Below are positions 27,001 to 40,793 of a stretch of DNA of 64,000 nt, in pieces (position 1 is the first letter of the stretch; each line of letters opens with the position of its first letter). The notes beneath the pieces were generated by a model, which was not told the DNA's origin, searched no databases, and saw only the letters and a program-made list of their open reading frames with translations. A program made the translations under genes and the position numbers. The stretch is from NCBI RefSeq assembly GCF_009914755.1, contig NC_060928.1; one strand, 5' to 3'. This DNA is from the human T2T-CHM13v2.0 reference genome, Homo sapiens.

Positions 27001-30000
27001 GTTATTATCTTTTCTTCTGCTAGTGTTGGCATTGGTTTGCTCTTGTTTTTCAAGTTCCTCTAGGTGTGATATTAAGTTGTTAATCTGAGATCTTTCTAAC
27101 TTTGATGCGGGCTTTTAGCACTATAAACTTTCAACACTGCTTTAGCTGTGTTGTAGAATTCTGTTATGTGTTATCTTTGCTTTCACTAGTTTCAAATAAT
27201 TTCTTGATTTCTGTCATAATTTCATTGTTTACCAAGTCATTCAGGAGAAGTTTAATTGCCATGTAATTGTATGGTTTTGAGAAATTTTCTTAGTATTGAT
27301 TTTTATTTTTATTGTGCTGTGGTCTGAGAGTGTGATTGGTATGATTTGGCTTTTATTTTTTTGAATTTGTTGAGAATTGTTTTATGGCTGAGGGTGTGGT
27401 CCATTTTGGAGTATGTGTCATGTGCAGATGAGAAGAATGTCTATTATGTTGCTGTTGAGTGGAGTGTTCTGTAGATGTCTGTTAGTTCCTTTTGGTAAGT
27501 GTGAAGTTTAGGTCCCGAATACCTTTGTTGGTTTTCTGCCTTGATCTGTCTAATACTGTCAGTAGAGTGTTGAAGTCTCCCACTATTATTATGTGGTTAT
27601 CTAAGTTTCTTCATAGGTCTCTAAGAACTTGTTTGATGAATCTGGATGCTCTTGTGTTGGGTGTATATATATTCAGGATGGCCAAGTCTTCTTGTTGAAT
27701 TGAACCCTTTATCATTATGTACTCCTCTTTTTGTCTTTTTCAATCAGTTTGTTTAAAGTCTGTTTTGTCTGAAATTGGAATAGCAATTCCTGCTTTTTTG
27801 TGTTTTCCATTTGCTGGTAGGTTTTTCTCCATCCCTTTACTCTGAGCCTATGAATGTCATTGCTTGTGAGATGGGTCTTTTAAAGACAGCATACAGTAGA
27901 GTCTTGCTTCTTTATCCAACTTTCTACTCCATGCTTTTTAATGGGGTCTTTAGCCCATTTATGTTCAAGGTCAATATTGATATTTGTGAGTTTGATCCTG
28001 TCATCATGTTGTTAGCTGATTGTTATGCAGATTTGATTGTATTCTTGTTTCATAGTGTCAATTATCTACGTACTGAAGTGTGTTTTTGTCGTGGCCAATA
28101 ATGGTCTTTCCTTTCCATATTTAGCACTCTGTGAAGGACCTTTTGTAAGGCAGACCTGGTGTTAATGAATTCACTTAGCATTTGCTTGTCTGAAAAGAAT
28201 TTTATTTCTCCATTGTTCATGAAGCTTAGTTTGGCTGTACATGAAATTCTTGGTTGGAATTTTTCTTTAAGAATGCTGAATATAGGCCCCCAGTCTCTCT
28301 TCTGGCTCGTAGGGTTTCTGCTGAAAGGTCTGCTATTAGCCTGATGAGGTTCCCTTTGTAGATGACCTGCCCCTTCTATCTAGCTGCCTTTAATTTTTTT
28401 TCTTTCACATTGACCTTGCAGAATCTGATGAGTATGCATCTTGGGAATGGTCATCTTGTATAGTATCTCACAGGGGTCCTATCAATTTCCTGAATTTGAA
28501 TGTCAATCTCTCTAGCAAGGTTGGGGAAAATTTCCATGGACAATATCCTCAAATATATTTTCCAAGTTGCTTGGTCTCTCACTCTCTTTCAGGTACGCCA
28601 ATGACTGGTAGATTTGATCTCATATATAATCCCATATTTCTGGAAGGTTTTGTTCATTCTTCTTTGTTCTTTTTCTTATTTTTGTCTGACATAGTTGACT
28701 TGAGAAACCAATCTTCAAGCTCTGAGATTCTTTCCTCAGCTTGATCTACTCTGCTGTTAATGCTTCAGATTTTATTATGAAATCCTTGTAGTGAGTTTTT
28801 CAGCCCTATCATATCAGTTTGCTTCTTTCTTAAAATGGCTCTTTCACCTTTAACCTTTTGAATCATTTTATTGGATTTCTTAGATTCTTTGGATTGGGTT
28901 TTAACTTTCTTCCAAATCTTGAAGATCTTCATTGATTTCCAGATTCTCAATTCTATGTATACTATTTCAGCCTGGTTAAAAGCCATTGTTGGGGGGCTAG
29001 GGTAGTCATCTGGAAGTAAGAAAACACTCTGGCTTTTTGAGTTGCCAGAGTTCTTGTGTTAGCTCTTTCTCATCTGTGTGGGCCCAGATCTTGGAGTTGC
29101 TCTCCTTTGGATGTGTTTTTTTTGCTTTTATATCCTTTGGTGCCCTTGAAGTTTGATTGTCATATAAGCTGGGTTTAGTCTACTGGCTTCATTTCTGGAT
29201 GATTTCTGGGGGCCAAGGCTTAGCTCTGCACCCCTGGGCTGCATGCCCTTGGAGGGCTGTTATTAGGACCACAACTTTATTCTCTGACCCCTTGAGGTTA
29301 TGCACCTGCTGTGCTGGAGGAGCCAAGGTGTTCCTGGTGGGCTGGCAACAACACTTAAATGGGGGTTGCTGGCAAAAGTGCTTTGTTGGTGCATGTGCCA
29401 CACATGTGGCAGTGAGTTCCACATGTGTGTGCATGCTCCAGTAGCAGAGGTGTGGCAGGGTCTGCACATATGTATGAGTGCCAGGGATGGTGGGGCTGCA
29501 GGGTCTGTGTGCATGTGCTGGCAATGATGATGTGGTGGTGTCTGTGTGTGTACATGTGCTGGCAATGACAGTGATTCAGTGGAGTGTGTGCGTGCTGGCA
29601 GTGGCACAATGGTGGGTGTGCATGCTGTTAGGGAGAAATGGTGGCATTCACACTTGAGCTGGTGGCAGCAATATGGCTGTGTCCATGCATGTGTATGCAC
29701 CAGTAGCAGTGGTGGCACAGCAAGGTGTGAGTGTGTATGTTGGTGGTGGGGGTTGGTGATGGTGAGGTTTGTGCCTGTGTGCACTGGTGGCAATAGGGTG
29801 GTGAGGTTGTGCACACACACTAAAGCAGTGGGAGGCGGCTGTGGGTGGGTGCATGTCAGTGGGGGCCTGTCTGCTTAAGTTCTCCGATGGTTAGGCAGGG
29901 TCTGCCAGCAAAGGAGTTATGGTAGTGGCCATCAGGAAGCACCCCAGTTGGACATCTCAGGATGCATTGCAAATAGGAGTGGGCAGGCAGGGACCTTGGA

Positions 30001-30212
30001 AGAGGCCAGCAGATAGCGGGTGCTCAGAACAGACTGGCCCCATCTCATGGGCAAGACTTCCCTTCTCTGTTCAGGTCCAACAGTCAACAAAGGCCAAAGT
30101 CACCTAGAGGAGTGTGTTGAGACTTGGGGGTTGGGTATCCCTGGCTGTGCTCCAGTGCAGCTGTTGCTGTGTCAAACCCTGTAGACTATGCACAGGCTGG
30201 AGTATTATCCAA
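24011..30212 (-). mobile_element. Near full-length L1 (L1PA15/16-like) nested in the L1MB-like element
   Basis: 3'UTR gtaaattgcatgtcacaggggtttgg..tacagattat; degraded ORF2 (start near 28004) and ORF1; GT-rich 5'UTR repeats. TSD GAAGCAACTCTT at 23999-24010 and 30213-30224. Confidence 0.92.
29350..29860. repeat. Degenerate GT-rich tandem array within the L1 5'UTR
   Basis: Recurrent gtgtgcatgtgctggcag/tggtgg units. Confidence 0.7.
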
Positions 30213-30636
30213 GAAGCAACTCTTAATGTATGAACAGATAAACAGAATGTGGTGTATATACATGCATAGAATATTATGCAGCCTTAAAATGAAGAAAATC
30301 ACTCTGTGATTGCACAGAGTAAAACTTGAGGGACATTGTGCTAAGTGAAACAAGCTAGTCACGAAAGACAAATACTGTATGATTCTACTTATTTGAGATA
30401 TCTAAAGTAGTTGAATTTTTAGAAACAGAAAGTAGAATGGTGGTTTCCAGGGGCAGAAGGGAGGGGAAAAAGGAAATTATTGTTTAGTGGATATAGAGTT
30501 TCAGATTCACAAAATGAAAAAGTTCTAGAGATCTGTTTCACAACAATGTAAATACACTTAACACTACTGAACTGTACATTAAAAAATGGTAAAGATGGCA
30601 AATTTTATGTTATGGTTTTTATTACCACAATAGAAA
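30213..30636 (+). mobile_element. L1MB-like 3' end (continuation of 22445-24010)
   Basis: gctaagtgaaa..agc.agtcac.aaagacaaatactgtatgattc; aaagttctagagatc; cactactgaactgtaca.ttaaaaatgg. Confidence 0.9.
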
Positions 30637-32253
30637 ATGTATATCATATAGAATTTAGGAGAATTACATGTCATTTCATTTTCTCCCTTAAGATCCCATG
30701 AAGTAGATATTTATCTGGGTGGGGAAGCAAACGTTTCTGAAATCGTCACATATCCAACTGTTTTAGTTAGTAAGTTGACATGCCAATTGTTAAGACTAAG
30801 ATGAGCAGAGACTAGAGGAAGTGGAGTAAAAGTGAAATTGTCATTCAGGGATGGCATTGTTTACAGAATTTGAGTTGCTACTTACCAATAGCACAGATGC
30901 CAGATCTCCAAATAGGACCCACGAACAGATTTTTTTATCCCAAGGCGAGAAACTGGCTACATGCCTTCCTCAGGCAAGGTTTCATTAGTTTACACATGAA
31001 CATCTAAGGCTCAGAAGGATCATGTACTTGCTGAGGGTTGCACAAACAGCACAGAATGTGTGGTGATTCAAGCCAAGGTTTATCTGGCTCTAGTCAGGCT
31101 CTAAGCTTTCTCTATATAACAGCTTCAGGGTTGAAGTGAAGTCATCATTTCATTTGCCAGTGGGGTCAGCGTAGCCACTCCCCTAAGGTGCCTGCTTGGC
31201 CACTGTCTGAAGAGCCCCATGCATTGCTGCAGCATCAGCAAACCTGAGCTGAAGAACACAGCCCTGGAGAGCCTCTTCTGTCTCGGGCTGGGAGATCAGC
31301 AGGAGGGCAGGAGCAAGGCTGGGTGGAGGAGCAGCAAGTGGGGAGTTTCCAGGGTTGCCGATCAAAAAAGAGGCACACATACCTGAAATAAATCAGCAAA
31401 ATACAGTATTTTCTCTCTTGCCAAAATAGACAGCACACCTGGTCTTCCAGTGTGTACATATGTGTGTATTTGTGTATGTGTGTGTGTGTTTGTACTGTGA
31501 TCTGTCTTCTTGGATGCATGTACAATAGCAGTGATTTAAAGTCTACAGACCCAGCAAAAATTCTGTAACTGAAATGCAAGAGTCTGTGTTATATGTTATT
31601 ACCAAAATTTCAAGCCCTTAAATATGTGTCCTTAGACTTTTAAAAATATTCCCCTTCCAAACAACTTATAAAAGAAAACTGGAGAGAGAACAAGTATTAC
31701 ACAAAAGTGGGGAAATGTTTTATCTGTGCTCCCTCTGCCCAATTTTTTTTCTGGCTATAACTGAATTTGGCTGTGTCAATAAATTAGTAAATCGATTTAT
31801 TTTTTATAATTTTATTATGTTATATAAATATAATTATATTTTAATATAATTTTATTAATTTTTTTCCTGCTTCTACCAAATAACTGTTGGATGAATATTT
31901 AAAGAATATTGGTTTTGAGGGGTCCCAAATGATTAGCTAGCTCTGGGAACCAAATTGTGTGACTGCTGGGGTATTGTCACAGCCAGGAAGGAAGCTTTGC
32001 CCCTGTTGTGGTTTTGGGCATTTGGGTTCTTTAAAAGTTTCTTTCCTTCTTCTTAAAGAACTCCTCTACCTAGCATAGTGGCCCCAGCCCCAAACTTGAA
32101 CATAAACTTTGATTGTTTCCTCTCTGCTCACCAGCTATACCAGGTAATCCATCAACAAATCCTTTCAGATGTACATCTACTTTTAAAACTTGTCTGAGTT
32201 TTATCCATATCCCTTTTCTGCTTTCCCCCTTCCATCTTTTTGCTACCTACTAA

Positions 32254-32612
32254 TGCTTGAATTGAGTTGTGTCCCCCAACCCAATTCATATGTTGAAGCT
32301 TAACCCCCTATATAACGGTATTAAAGATAGAGCCTTTAAGGTTAAATGAGGTCATGAGGATAGAGCCCTAATCCCATAGAACTAGTGCCCTTTTAAGAAG
32401 AAGAAGAGATTATGGAGATCTCTCTCCTTGTGAGAACACAGCAAGAAGGCAGACGTCTGCAAGCCAGGAAGAGAGCCTTCACTAGAACTCAGTCTTGCTG
32501 GCACCCTGATCTTGGACTTCCAGCCTCCAGAACTTTGGGAAAATAAATACTATAGATTGTTAAGCCACCCAATCTATAGTATTTTGTTATGGCAGCCTGA
32601 GCTGATTAATAG
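32254..32612 (+). mobile_element. MLT1A/B solo LTR
   Basis: aattcatatgttgaag...ggttaaatgaggtcat...ctgcaagccaggaagagagcc...cttggacttccagcctccagaact...ttgttatggcagcc. Confidence 0.88.
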
Positions 32613-32719
32613 AACTACCTTAGCTCAAGACCTCACCTGGATTACTATATAAATTTCTTACCTTGTCTTTCTGTTTCTAATATTGTCCTGAGCTTATTCT
32701 CAATAACTAGTCAATGCAT

Positions 32720-33250
32720 GACATACTAATTCTTCTTCTAAATATTTACTCAACAAGAAATGAAAATATATGTATATAAAAAAGGCTTGTATAAGAATGT
32801 TTACAGCAGTTTCATTCATAATAGTTCAAAACTTGAAAAAATCCAAGTGTATATCAATAGGTGAATAAACAAATTATCGTATTACTATAATGAGAAACTT
32901 TAGGGTAAGTAAAAGAAAACAATTATTGATACAGCCACATTGATTAATCTCAAAAATATGCTGAGTGGATGATGCCAACCACAATAGAGTATTTTCTATA
33001 TAGTTCAATTTGTATGAAGTTATAGACCAGGCAAAACTAAGCTATAGTGTTAGAAATGAGAGTGGCAGTGTAGGAGGAGTTGTTATGAATTAGAAAGGGG
33101 CATGAGGGAAATTTTTGAAAGTGATGGGAGTGTTCTATATCTTAATTAGAGTGGTGATTACATATATGTACATTTGTTAAAACTCACAGAACTGTACACA
33201 TAAAATTTATGCATGTTACTGTATTGAAATTATATGTCAATTTAAAAACT
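32720..33250 (+). mobile_element. L1ME/L1MC-like 3' fragment
   Basis: agaatgtttacagcag..ttattcataatag; ggcaaaactaa.ctatag; aaaactca..gaactgtacac. Confidence 0.75.
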
Positions 33251-33496
33251 AGATACACGCAAGAGCTGCTAATGAACTAAGCATACCTTCTCTGGGTCAT
33301 GGAAATTGTCACAAACTGTAGTCTTTGTACAATTTGGTTCCAAATAGAAGTATGACCAGCGAAGGTAATATTTCAGTATAATATTTCAAATGTTGGCATA
33401 ATATTTGTAAAATGTAATTGATCCTATTACTACCACTTGTTTCTGCGTTCCCAGCATCCAGACCCTCTTAATATAGTTTGCAATATCCCACTTTTT

Positions 33497-33656
33497 CTTT
33501 TCTTTTTTTTTTCTCAGAGATGGGGTTTCTCTCTGTTGTCCAGGCTGGAGTGCAGTGATGTGAACATTGCAGCCTCTAACTCTTGAGCTCAAGCAATCCT
33601 CCTGCCTCAGCCTCCTGAGTATCTGAGAGTATAGGTGTGTGCCACCACATCCGGCT
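33497..33656 (-). mobile_element. Alu monomer (FRAM/FAM-like)
   Basis: Single reverse-complement arm with T-rich tail. TSD CCACTTTTT at 33488-33496 and 33657-33665. Confidence 0.85.
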
Positions 33657-34089
33657 CCACTTTTTGTTTTGGAAGATTCCCCTCAGCATTGTAAGTGATC
33701 TTCTTCATTAAGTTGTCCTGACCACTTCCAATAAAATATTGGGCAGATGACCCAAGGAAATCGGTCAATGAGTTATTATTCTCTCCTGGAAACCAGAGTC
33801 CCTGAGAAGAGTGACACACAGTTGGAGCCCAGTTATTCTGTTGGCAGTGCCCTAAAATATTTCTCGCTGAAATCCTCAGGACTCCCTGGCTCCTGCCTTT
33901 CCTGAGGCTTGGAGTATTAATGTGTCCTTTGTGTCTATGAGTTTCCTTGCATTTTTCCAAAAAATTGTTTGACTTTCTGGTTTATATAGGTGGAGTTACT
34001 TTCTGTTGTTTGTAGCCAAAACCCTAAACACTTGTCAGTGGCTTCCCATTGTCCTCACAATAAAGCCCACATCCTTTCACATAGCATTT

Positions 34090-34520
34090 TCGGTTGGGTT
34101 CCCTGAGAAGGAGAACCTGAGCAGGGATTAAGTGTGAGTAGTTCTTTTGGGAAGTGATCTCAGGAAGAACTGGCAGAGGAGTGGCGATGTAAGATGGGGA
34201 AGGGAAAGAAACTAATAAAGGGCTCAGAATCACTTCTGTTGACCTGTGGGTGACTGAGATTCAGTTTGGCAGGGAGTTCTGGGAGACAGTGTAAGAGACA
34301 GTAAGACCGATTTCACCTGCAAGGTAGGGAAGCTGGAGGTATTTGTTTATCCTCCAGCTCCCATTCATCATTAGTCAAGGGATGCTCCTGCTGCCTGAAC
34401 TCCCTAGAGCTCTGAGCCTGCTTCTCTTAGGACTGAGAGAAAACTCTCAGGTACAGAGCCACAGATGTGGGTATTAGAATGTGATCAGCATGGACTGGAA
34501 CAGTGGTGCCAAGATGATCT
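34090..34520 (-). mobile_element. LTR16-like ERVL LTR
   Basis: ttgggttccc..agaag.aga.cctgag..agggatt.agtg..agtagtt..tttgggaagtgatc.caggaa. Confidence 0.6.
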
Positions 34521-35884
34521 GGTTGGGCAATGAGGACATCTGCCAGAATAACTTATGGGGCTCCTGACCCATGTAACCTTGACTCCTCCCCTTGTAGCCT
34601 ATGCTCTCACTGTATAGAATTTCTTTTTGTTGCATGAGTGCACCACACTATCTCAGCCCTCTAATCCTCATGCCTTTGAACAGGTAGAACGTCCTTCAGT
34701 CTGGGACACTCTGCCTTTTAATCATAAATCTCTATACAATGAAATTTATAAATATAATTTATACATCTCTTTACAATGGTTAGTTATTATGGAAGAGGAC
34801 ATATTGACGTTGTCTAATCCAAGGACTACAAATAAAAAATCATTGCATAACACCAACTAAAAACTGTGAATATTTATTTATTCTGGAGCAAATAGTTCTC
34901 TGTATCTTAGTTTGTTCTCCTCATTCTTTTGTCTTATAATGGGGTGGGAGACACCTCTTTGAGCCTCAATTTTCTTACCTGTAGTAGGCAGAGGGACACG
35001 GTAATCACCAATTCCACCATTGGGATAACTGATAAGATTCAGAGAAAAAGGAGCAACATGCTTGGTGGTAAGGGACAGTTTCCCTGAGGATGTGACATTT
35101 AGCTAAGTTGTAAAGGAAGAAAAAGATATTAACTGGCTGTGGGGGTGGGACATGGGAGAGCAGGAAGCATCCTAGTGCCCCGCCAGTCTGAGAGAACCCA
35201 CGTGTGCCTGCAGAGAGACAATGCTATGGAGAGAAAGGAGATGAGAAAGGTTGCAGGGGCTTATAGACCATGTCAAGAATTTGGGATTTTATCCCAAATC
35301 CATGGGAGATCCTGCACACACTGCCAGAGGAGCCTTCCTGAAACATAGCAAATCCTGCCATTTCTCTGCATAGGTACCTCTAGCGATTATACCCCTCAGA
35401 CCAAAGTTTCAATTTCTTAACTGTGTTGTTGTATTTCTTCATGATTGGGAAATAACCTAGGTGTTTGGATGTTTCTCCCATTTCTCCCCTATGTAGCTCT
35501 TACTCCCACCAACTCGTGTATTTCCTATGCCTCAACACTACCCCATAAACGTCCTTTTTCACAGCTTTGGTTACATGAGTTCCTCTTCCTGAAATGTCTT
35601 CCCATTTCTTTCTGTCCTTCTACTCCTGGTAAAGTCCTACTCATATATATATATATTTTTTTTAATGTGAATTTTTTTATTATTATACTTTAAGTTCTGG
35701 GGTAAATGTACACAACGTGCAGGTTTGTTACATAGGTTTACATGTGCCATGTTGGTTTGTTGCACCCATCAACTTGTAATTTACATTAGGTATTTCTCTT
35801 AATGCTATCCCTCCCCCTGGCCCCCACCCCCAACAGACCCTGGTGTGTGATGTTCTCCTCCCTGTGTCCATGTGTTTTTATTGT

Positions 35885-38800
35885 TCCACTCCCACTTATG
35901 AGTGAGGACATGAGGTGTTTGGTTTTCTGTCCTTGTGATAGTTTGCTGAGATTGATGGTTTCCAGCTTCATCCATGTCCCTGCAAAGGACATGAACTCAT
36001 CCTTTATTATGGCTGCATAGTATTCCATGGTGCATATGTGCTACATTTTCTTTATCCAGTCTAGTATTGATGGAATTTGGGTTGGTTCCAAGTCTTTGCT
36101 ATTGTGAATAGTGCCACAATAAACATACATGTACATGTGTCTTTATAGTAGCATGATTTATAATCCTTTGGTCATATACCCAGTAATGGGATTGCTGGGT
36201 CAAATGGTATTTCTAGTTCTAGATCCTTGAGGAATCACCACACTGTCTTCCACAATGGCTGAAATAATTTCCACTCCCACCAACAGTGTAAAAACATTCC
36301 TATTTCTCCACATACTCTCCAGCATCTGTCGTTTCCTGACTTTTTAATGATCGCCATTCTAACTGGCATGAGATGGTATCTCATTGTGGTTTTGATTTGC
36401 ATTTCTTTAATGACCAGTGATGATGAGCATTTTTTCATATGTCTGTTGGCTGCATAAATGTCTTCTTTTGAGAAGTGTCTGTTCATATCCTTTGCCCACT
36501 TTTTGATGGGGTTGTTCTTTTTTGTTTTTTTGTTTTTTTGTAAATTTGTTTACTTTCTTTGTAGATTCTGGATATTAGCCCTTTGTCAGATAGATAGATT
36601 GCAAAAACCTTCTCCCACTCTGTAGGTTGCCTGTTCACTCTAATGGTAGTTTCTTTTGCTGTGCAGATGCTCTTCAGTTTAATTAGATCCCATCTGTCTG
36701 TTTTGGCTTTTGTTGCCATTGCTTTTGGCGTTTTAGTGATGAAGTCCTTGCCCACGCCTATGTCCTGAATGGTATTACCTAGGTTTTCTTCTAGGGTTTT
36801 TTTGGTTTTAGGTCTTACATTTAAGTCTTCAAACCATCTTAATTTTTGTATAAAGTGTAAGGAAGGGATCCAGTTTCAGCTTTCTACATATGGCTAGCCA
36901 GTTTTCCCAGCACCATTTATTAAATAGGGAATCCCTTCCCCATTGCTTGTTTTTGTCAGGTTTGTCAAAGATCATATGGTTGTAGATGTGTGGTGTTATT
37001 TCTGAGGACTCTGTTCTGTTCCATTGGTCTATATATCTGTTTTGGTACCAGTATCATGCTGTTTTGGTTACTGTAGCCTTGTAGTATAGTTTGAAGTCAG
37101 GTAGCGTGATGCCTCCAGCTTTGTTCTTTTTGCTTAGGATTGTCTTGGCTGTGTGGGCTCTTTTTTGGTTCCATATGAAATTTAAAGTAGTTTTTTCCAA
37201 TTCTGTGAAGAAAAACAGTGGTAGCTTGATGGGGATGGCATTGAATTTATAAATTACTTTGGGCAGTATGGCCATTTTCATGATATTGATTCTTCCTACC
37301 CATGAGCATGGAATGTTCTTCCACTTGTTTGTGTCCTCTTTTATTTCATTGAGCAGTGGTTTGTAGTTCTCCTTGAAGAGGTCCTTCACATCCCTTGTAA
37401 GGTGGATTCCTAGGTACTTTATTCTCTTTGTAGCAATTGTGAATGGGAGTTCACTCATGATTTGGCTCTCTGTTATTGGTGTATAGGAATGCTTGTGATT
37501 TTTGCACATTGATTTTGTATCCTGAGACATTGCTGAAGTTACTTATTAGCTTAAGGAGATTTTGGGCTGCGATGATGGGGTTTTCTAAATATACAGTCAT
37601 GTCATCTGCAAAGAGAGACAATTTGACTTCCTCTTTTCCTAATTGAATACCCTTTATCTCTTTCTCTTGTCTGATTGCCTTGGCCCGAACTTCCAATATT
37701 ATGTTGAATAGGAGTGGTGAGAGAGGCCATCCCTGTCTTATGCTGGTTTTCAAAGGGAATGCTTCTAGTTTTTGCCCCTTCAGTATGATATTGGCTGTGG
37801 GTTTGTCATAAATAGCTTTTATTATTTTAAGATATGTTCCATCAGTACCTAGTGTATTGAGAGTTTTTAGCATGAAGGGCTGTTGAATTTTGTTGAAGGC
37901 CTTTTCTGCATCTATTGAGATAGTCATGTGGTTTTTGTTGTTGGTTCTGTTTATGTGATGAATTACATTTATTGATTTGCATATGTTGAACCAGCCTTGC
38001 ATCCCAGGGATGAAGCTGACTTGATTGTGGTGGATAAGCTTTTTGATGTGCTGCTGGATTTGGTTTGCCAGTATTTTATTGAGGATTTTCGCATCGATGT
38101 TCATCAGGGATACTGGGCTAAAATTATCTTTTTTTGTGTGTGTCTCTACCAGACTTTGGTATCAGGATGATGCTGGCCTCATAAAGTGAGTTAGGGAGGA
38201 TTCCTTCTTTTTCTATTAATTGGAATAGTTTCAGAAGGAATGGTACCAGCTCCTCTCTGTGCCTCTGGTAAAATTCAGCTCTGAATCCATCTGGTCCGGG
38301 ACTTTTTTTGGTTGGTAGGCTCTTAATTAATGCCTCAATTTCAGAACCAGTTATTGACCTATTCAGAGACTCAACTTCTTCCTGGCTTAGTCTTGGGAGG
38401 GTGTATGTGTCTAGGAATTTATCCATTTTTTTCTAGATTTTCTTGTTTATTTGTATACAGGTGTTCATAGTATCCTCTGATGGTAGTTTGTATTTCTGTG
38501 GGATCGGTGGTGGTATCCCCTTTACCATTTTTTATTGCGTCTATTTGATTCTTCTCTCTTTTCTTGTTTATTAGTCTTGCTAGCAGTCTATCTATTTTGT
38601 TGGTCTTTTCAAAAAACCAGCTCCTGGATTCATTGATTTTTTTGAAGGGTTTTTTGTGTCTCTATCTCCTTCAGTTCTGCTCTGATCTTAGTTATTTCTT
38701 GTCTTCTGCTGGCTTTTGAATTTGTTTGCTCTTGCTTCTCTTGTTCTTTTAATTGTGATGGTAGGGTGTCAATTTTAGATCTTCCCTGCTTTCTCTTTTG

Positions 38801-39714
38801 GGCATTTAGTGCATAAATTTCCCTCTACGCACTGTTTTAAATGTGTCCCAGAGATTCTGGTATGTTGTGTCTTTGTTCTCATTGGTTTCAAAGAACATCT
38901 TTATTTTTGCCTTCATTTCGTTATTTACCCAGTAGTCATTCAGGAGCAGGTCGTTCGGTTTCCATGTAGTTGTGCAGTTTTGAGTGAGTTTCTTAATCCT
39001 GAGTTCTAATTTGATTGCACTGTGGTCTGAGAGACAGTTTGTTGTGATTTCTGTTCTTTTACATTTGCTGAGGAGTGCTTTACTTCCAATTACGTGGTCA
39101 ATTTTAGAATAAGTGCCATGTGGTGCTGAGAAGAACTTACATTCTGTTGATTTGGGGTGGAGAGTTCTGTAGATGTCTATTAGGTCTTCTTGGTCCAGAG
39201 CTGAGTTCAAGTCCCAGATATCCTTGTTAAGTTTCTGTCTTGATCTGTCTACTATTGACAATGGGATGTTAAAGTCTCCAATTATTATTGTATGGGAGTC
39301 TCAGTCTCTTTGTAGGTCTCTAAGAACTTGCTTTATGAATCTGGGTGCTGCTGTATTGGATGCATATATAGTTAGGATAGTTAGCTCTTCTTGTTAAATT
39401 GATCCCTTTACCATTATGTAATGCCCTTCTTCATCTCTTTTGATTTTTGTCGGTTATAAGTCTATTTTATCAGAGACTAGGATTGCAACCCCTGCTTTTT
39501 TTTTTTTTTGCGTTCCATTTGCTTGGTAGATCTCCCTCCATCCCTTTATTTTGAGCCTGTGTGTGTCTTTGCATGTGAGATGGGTCTCCTGAATACAGCA
39601 CACTGATGGGTCTTGACTCTTTATCCAATTTGCCAGTCTGTGTCTTTTAATCGGGGCATTTAGCCCATTTACATTTAAGGTTAATATCGTTATGTGTGAA
39701 TTTTATCCTGTCAT
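35885..39714 (-). pseudogene. Disrupted L1 ORF2 (endonuclease/reverse transcriptase)
   Basis: Frameshifted pieces: EN ([18 protein letters not shown]; 38806-39261), RT ([14 protein letters not shown]; 37451-38104) and C-terminal CWRVC...HCWW (36235-36486). Confidence 0.93.
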
Positions 39715-39777
39715 TATGATGCTAGCTGGTTATTTTTCCTGTTAGTTGATGCAGTTTCTTCATAGTGTTGATGGTCT

Positions 39778-40793
39778 TTACAATTTGGCATGCTTTTGCA
39801 GTGGCTGATACTGGTTGCTCCTTTCCACGTTTAGGTCTTCCTTCAGGAGTTCTTGTAAGGCAGGCCTGGTGGTGACAAAATCTCTCAGCATTTGCTTGTC
39901 TGTAAAGGATTTTATTCCTCCTTCACTTATGAAGCTGAGTTTGGCTGGATATGAAATTCTAGGTTGAAAATTCTTTTCTTTAAGAATGTTGAATATTGGA
40001 CCCCACTCTCTTCTGGCTTGTACGGTTTCTGCAGAGAGATCAGCTGTTAGTCTGATGGGCTTCCCTTTTTGGGTAACCTGACCTTTCTGGCTGCCTTTAA
40101 CATTTTTTCCTTCATTTCAACCTTGGTGAGTCTGATGATTATGGGTCTTGGGGTTGCTATTCTTGAGGAATATCTTTGTGGTATTCTCTGTTATTTCCCA
40201 AATTTGAATGTTGGCCTGCCTTGCTAGGTTGGGGAAGTTCTCCTGGATAATATCCTGAAGAGTGTTTTCTAACTTGGTTCGATTCTCCCTGTCACTTTCT
40301 GGTACACCAATCAGACGTAGATTTGGTCTTTTCATATAGTCCCATATTTCTTGGAGGCTTTGTTCATTTCTTTTCACACTTTTTTCTCAACTCTTGTCGC
40401 TTTATTTCATTAATTTGATCTTCAATCACTGATATTCTTTCTTCCGCTTGATCAAATTGGCTATTGAAGCCTGTGTATGCTTCACAAAGTTCTCGTGCTG
40501 TTTTTCAGCTCCATCAGGTCATTTATGTTCTTCTCTACACTTGTTATTCTAGTTAGCCATTTGTCTAACTTTTTTTCAAGGTTTTTAGCTTCCTTGCGAT
40601 GGGTTAGAACATGCTCCTTTAGCTCAGAGAAGTTTGTTATTACTCACCTTCTGAAGCCTACTTCTGTCAACTCATCAAACTCATTCTCCATCCAGTTTTG
40701 TTCCCTTGCTGGCGAGGAGTTGTGATCCTTTGGAGGAGAAGAGGCGTTCTGGTTTTTGGAATTTTCAGCCTTTCTACTCTGGTTTCTCCCTGT
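39778..40793 (-). pseudogene. Disrupted L1 ORF1
   Basis: KRNEQSLQEIWDYMKRPNLRLIGVPE fragment (40117-40377). The expected start codon reads ACA at 40791-40793. Confidence 0.9.

Noticed and set aside
29157-29878. Cluster of Cys/His/Thr-rich ORFs (up to 185 aa)
   Set aside because: Translation of the GT-rich degenerate repeats in the L1 5'UTR. Open in several frames on both strands, with no domain pattern.
37451-38104. 217-aa reverse transcriptase ORF as a novel RT system
   Set aside because: Ordinary L1 ORF2 fragment within a frameshifted element.
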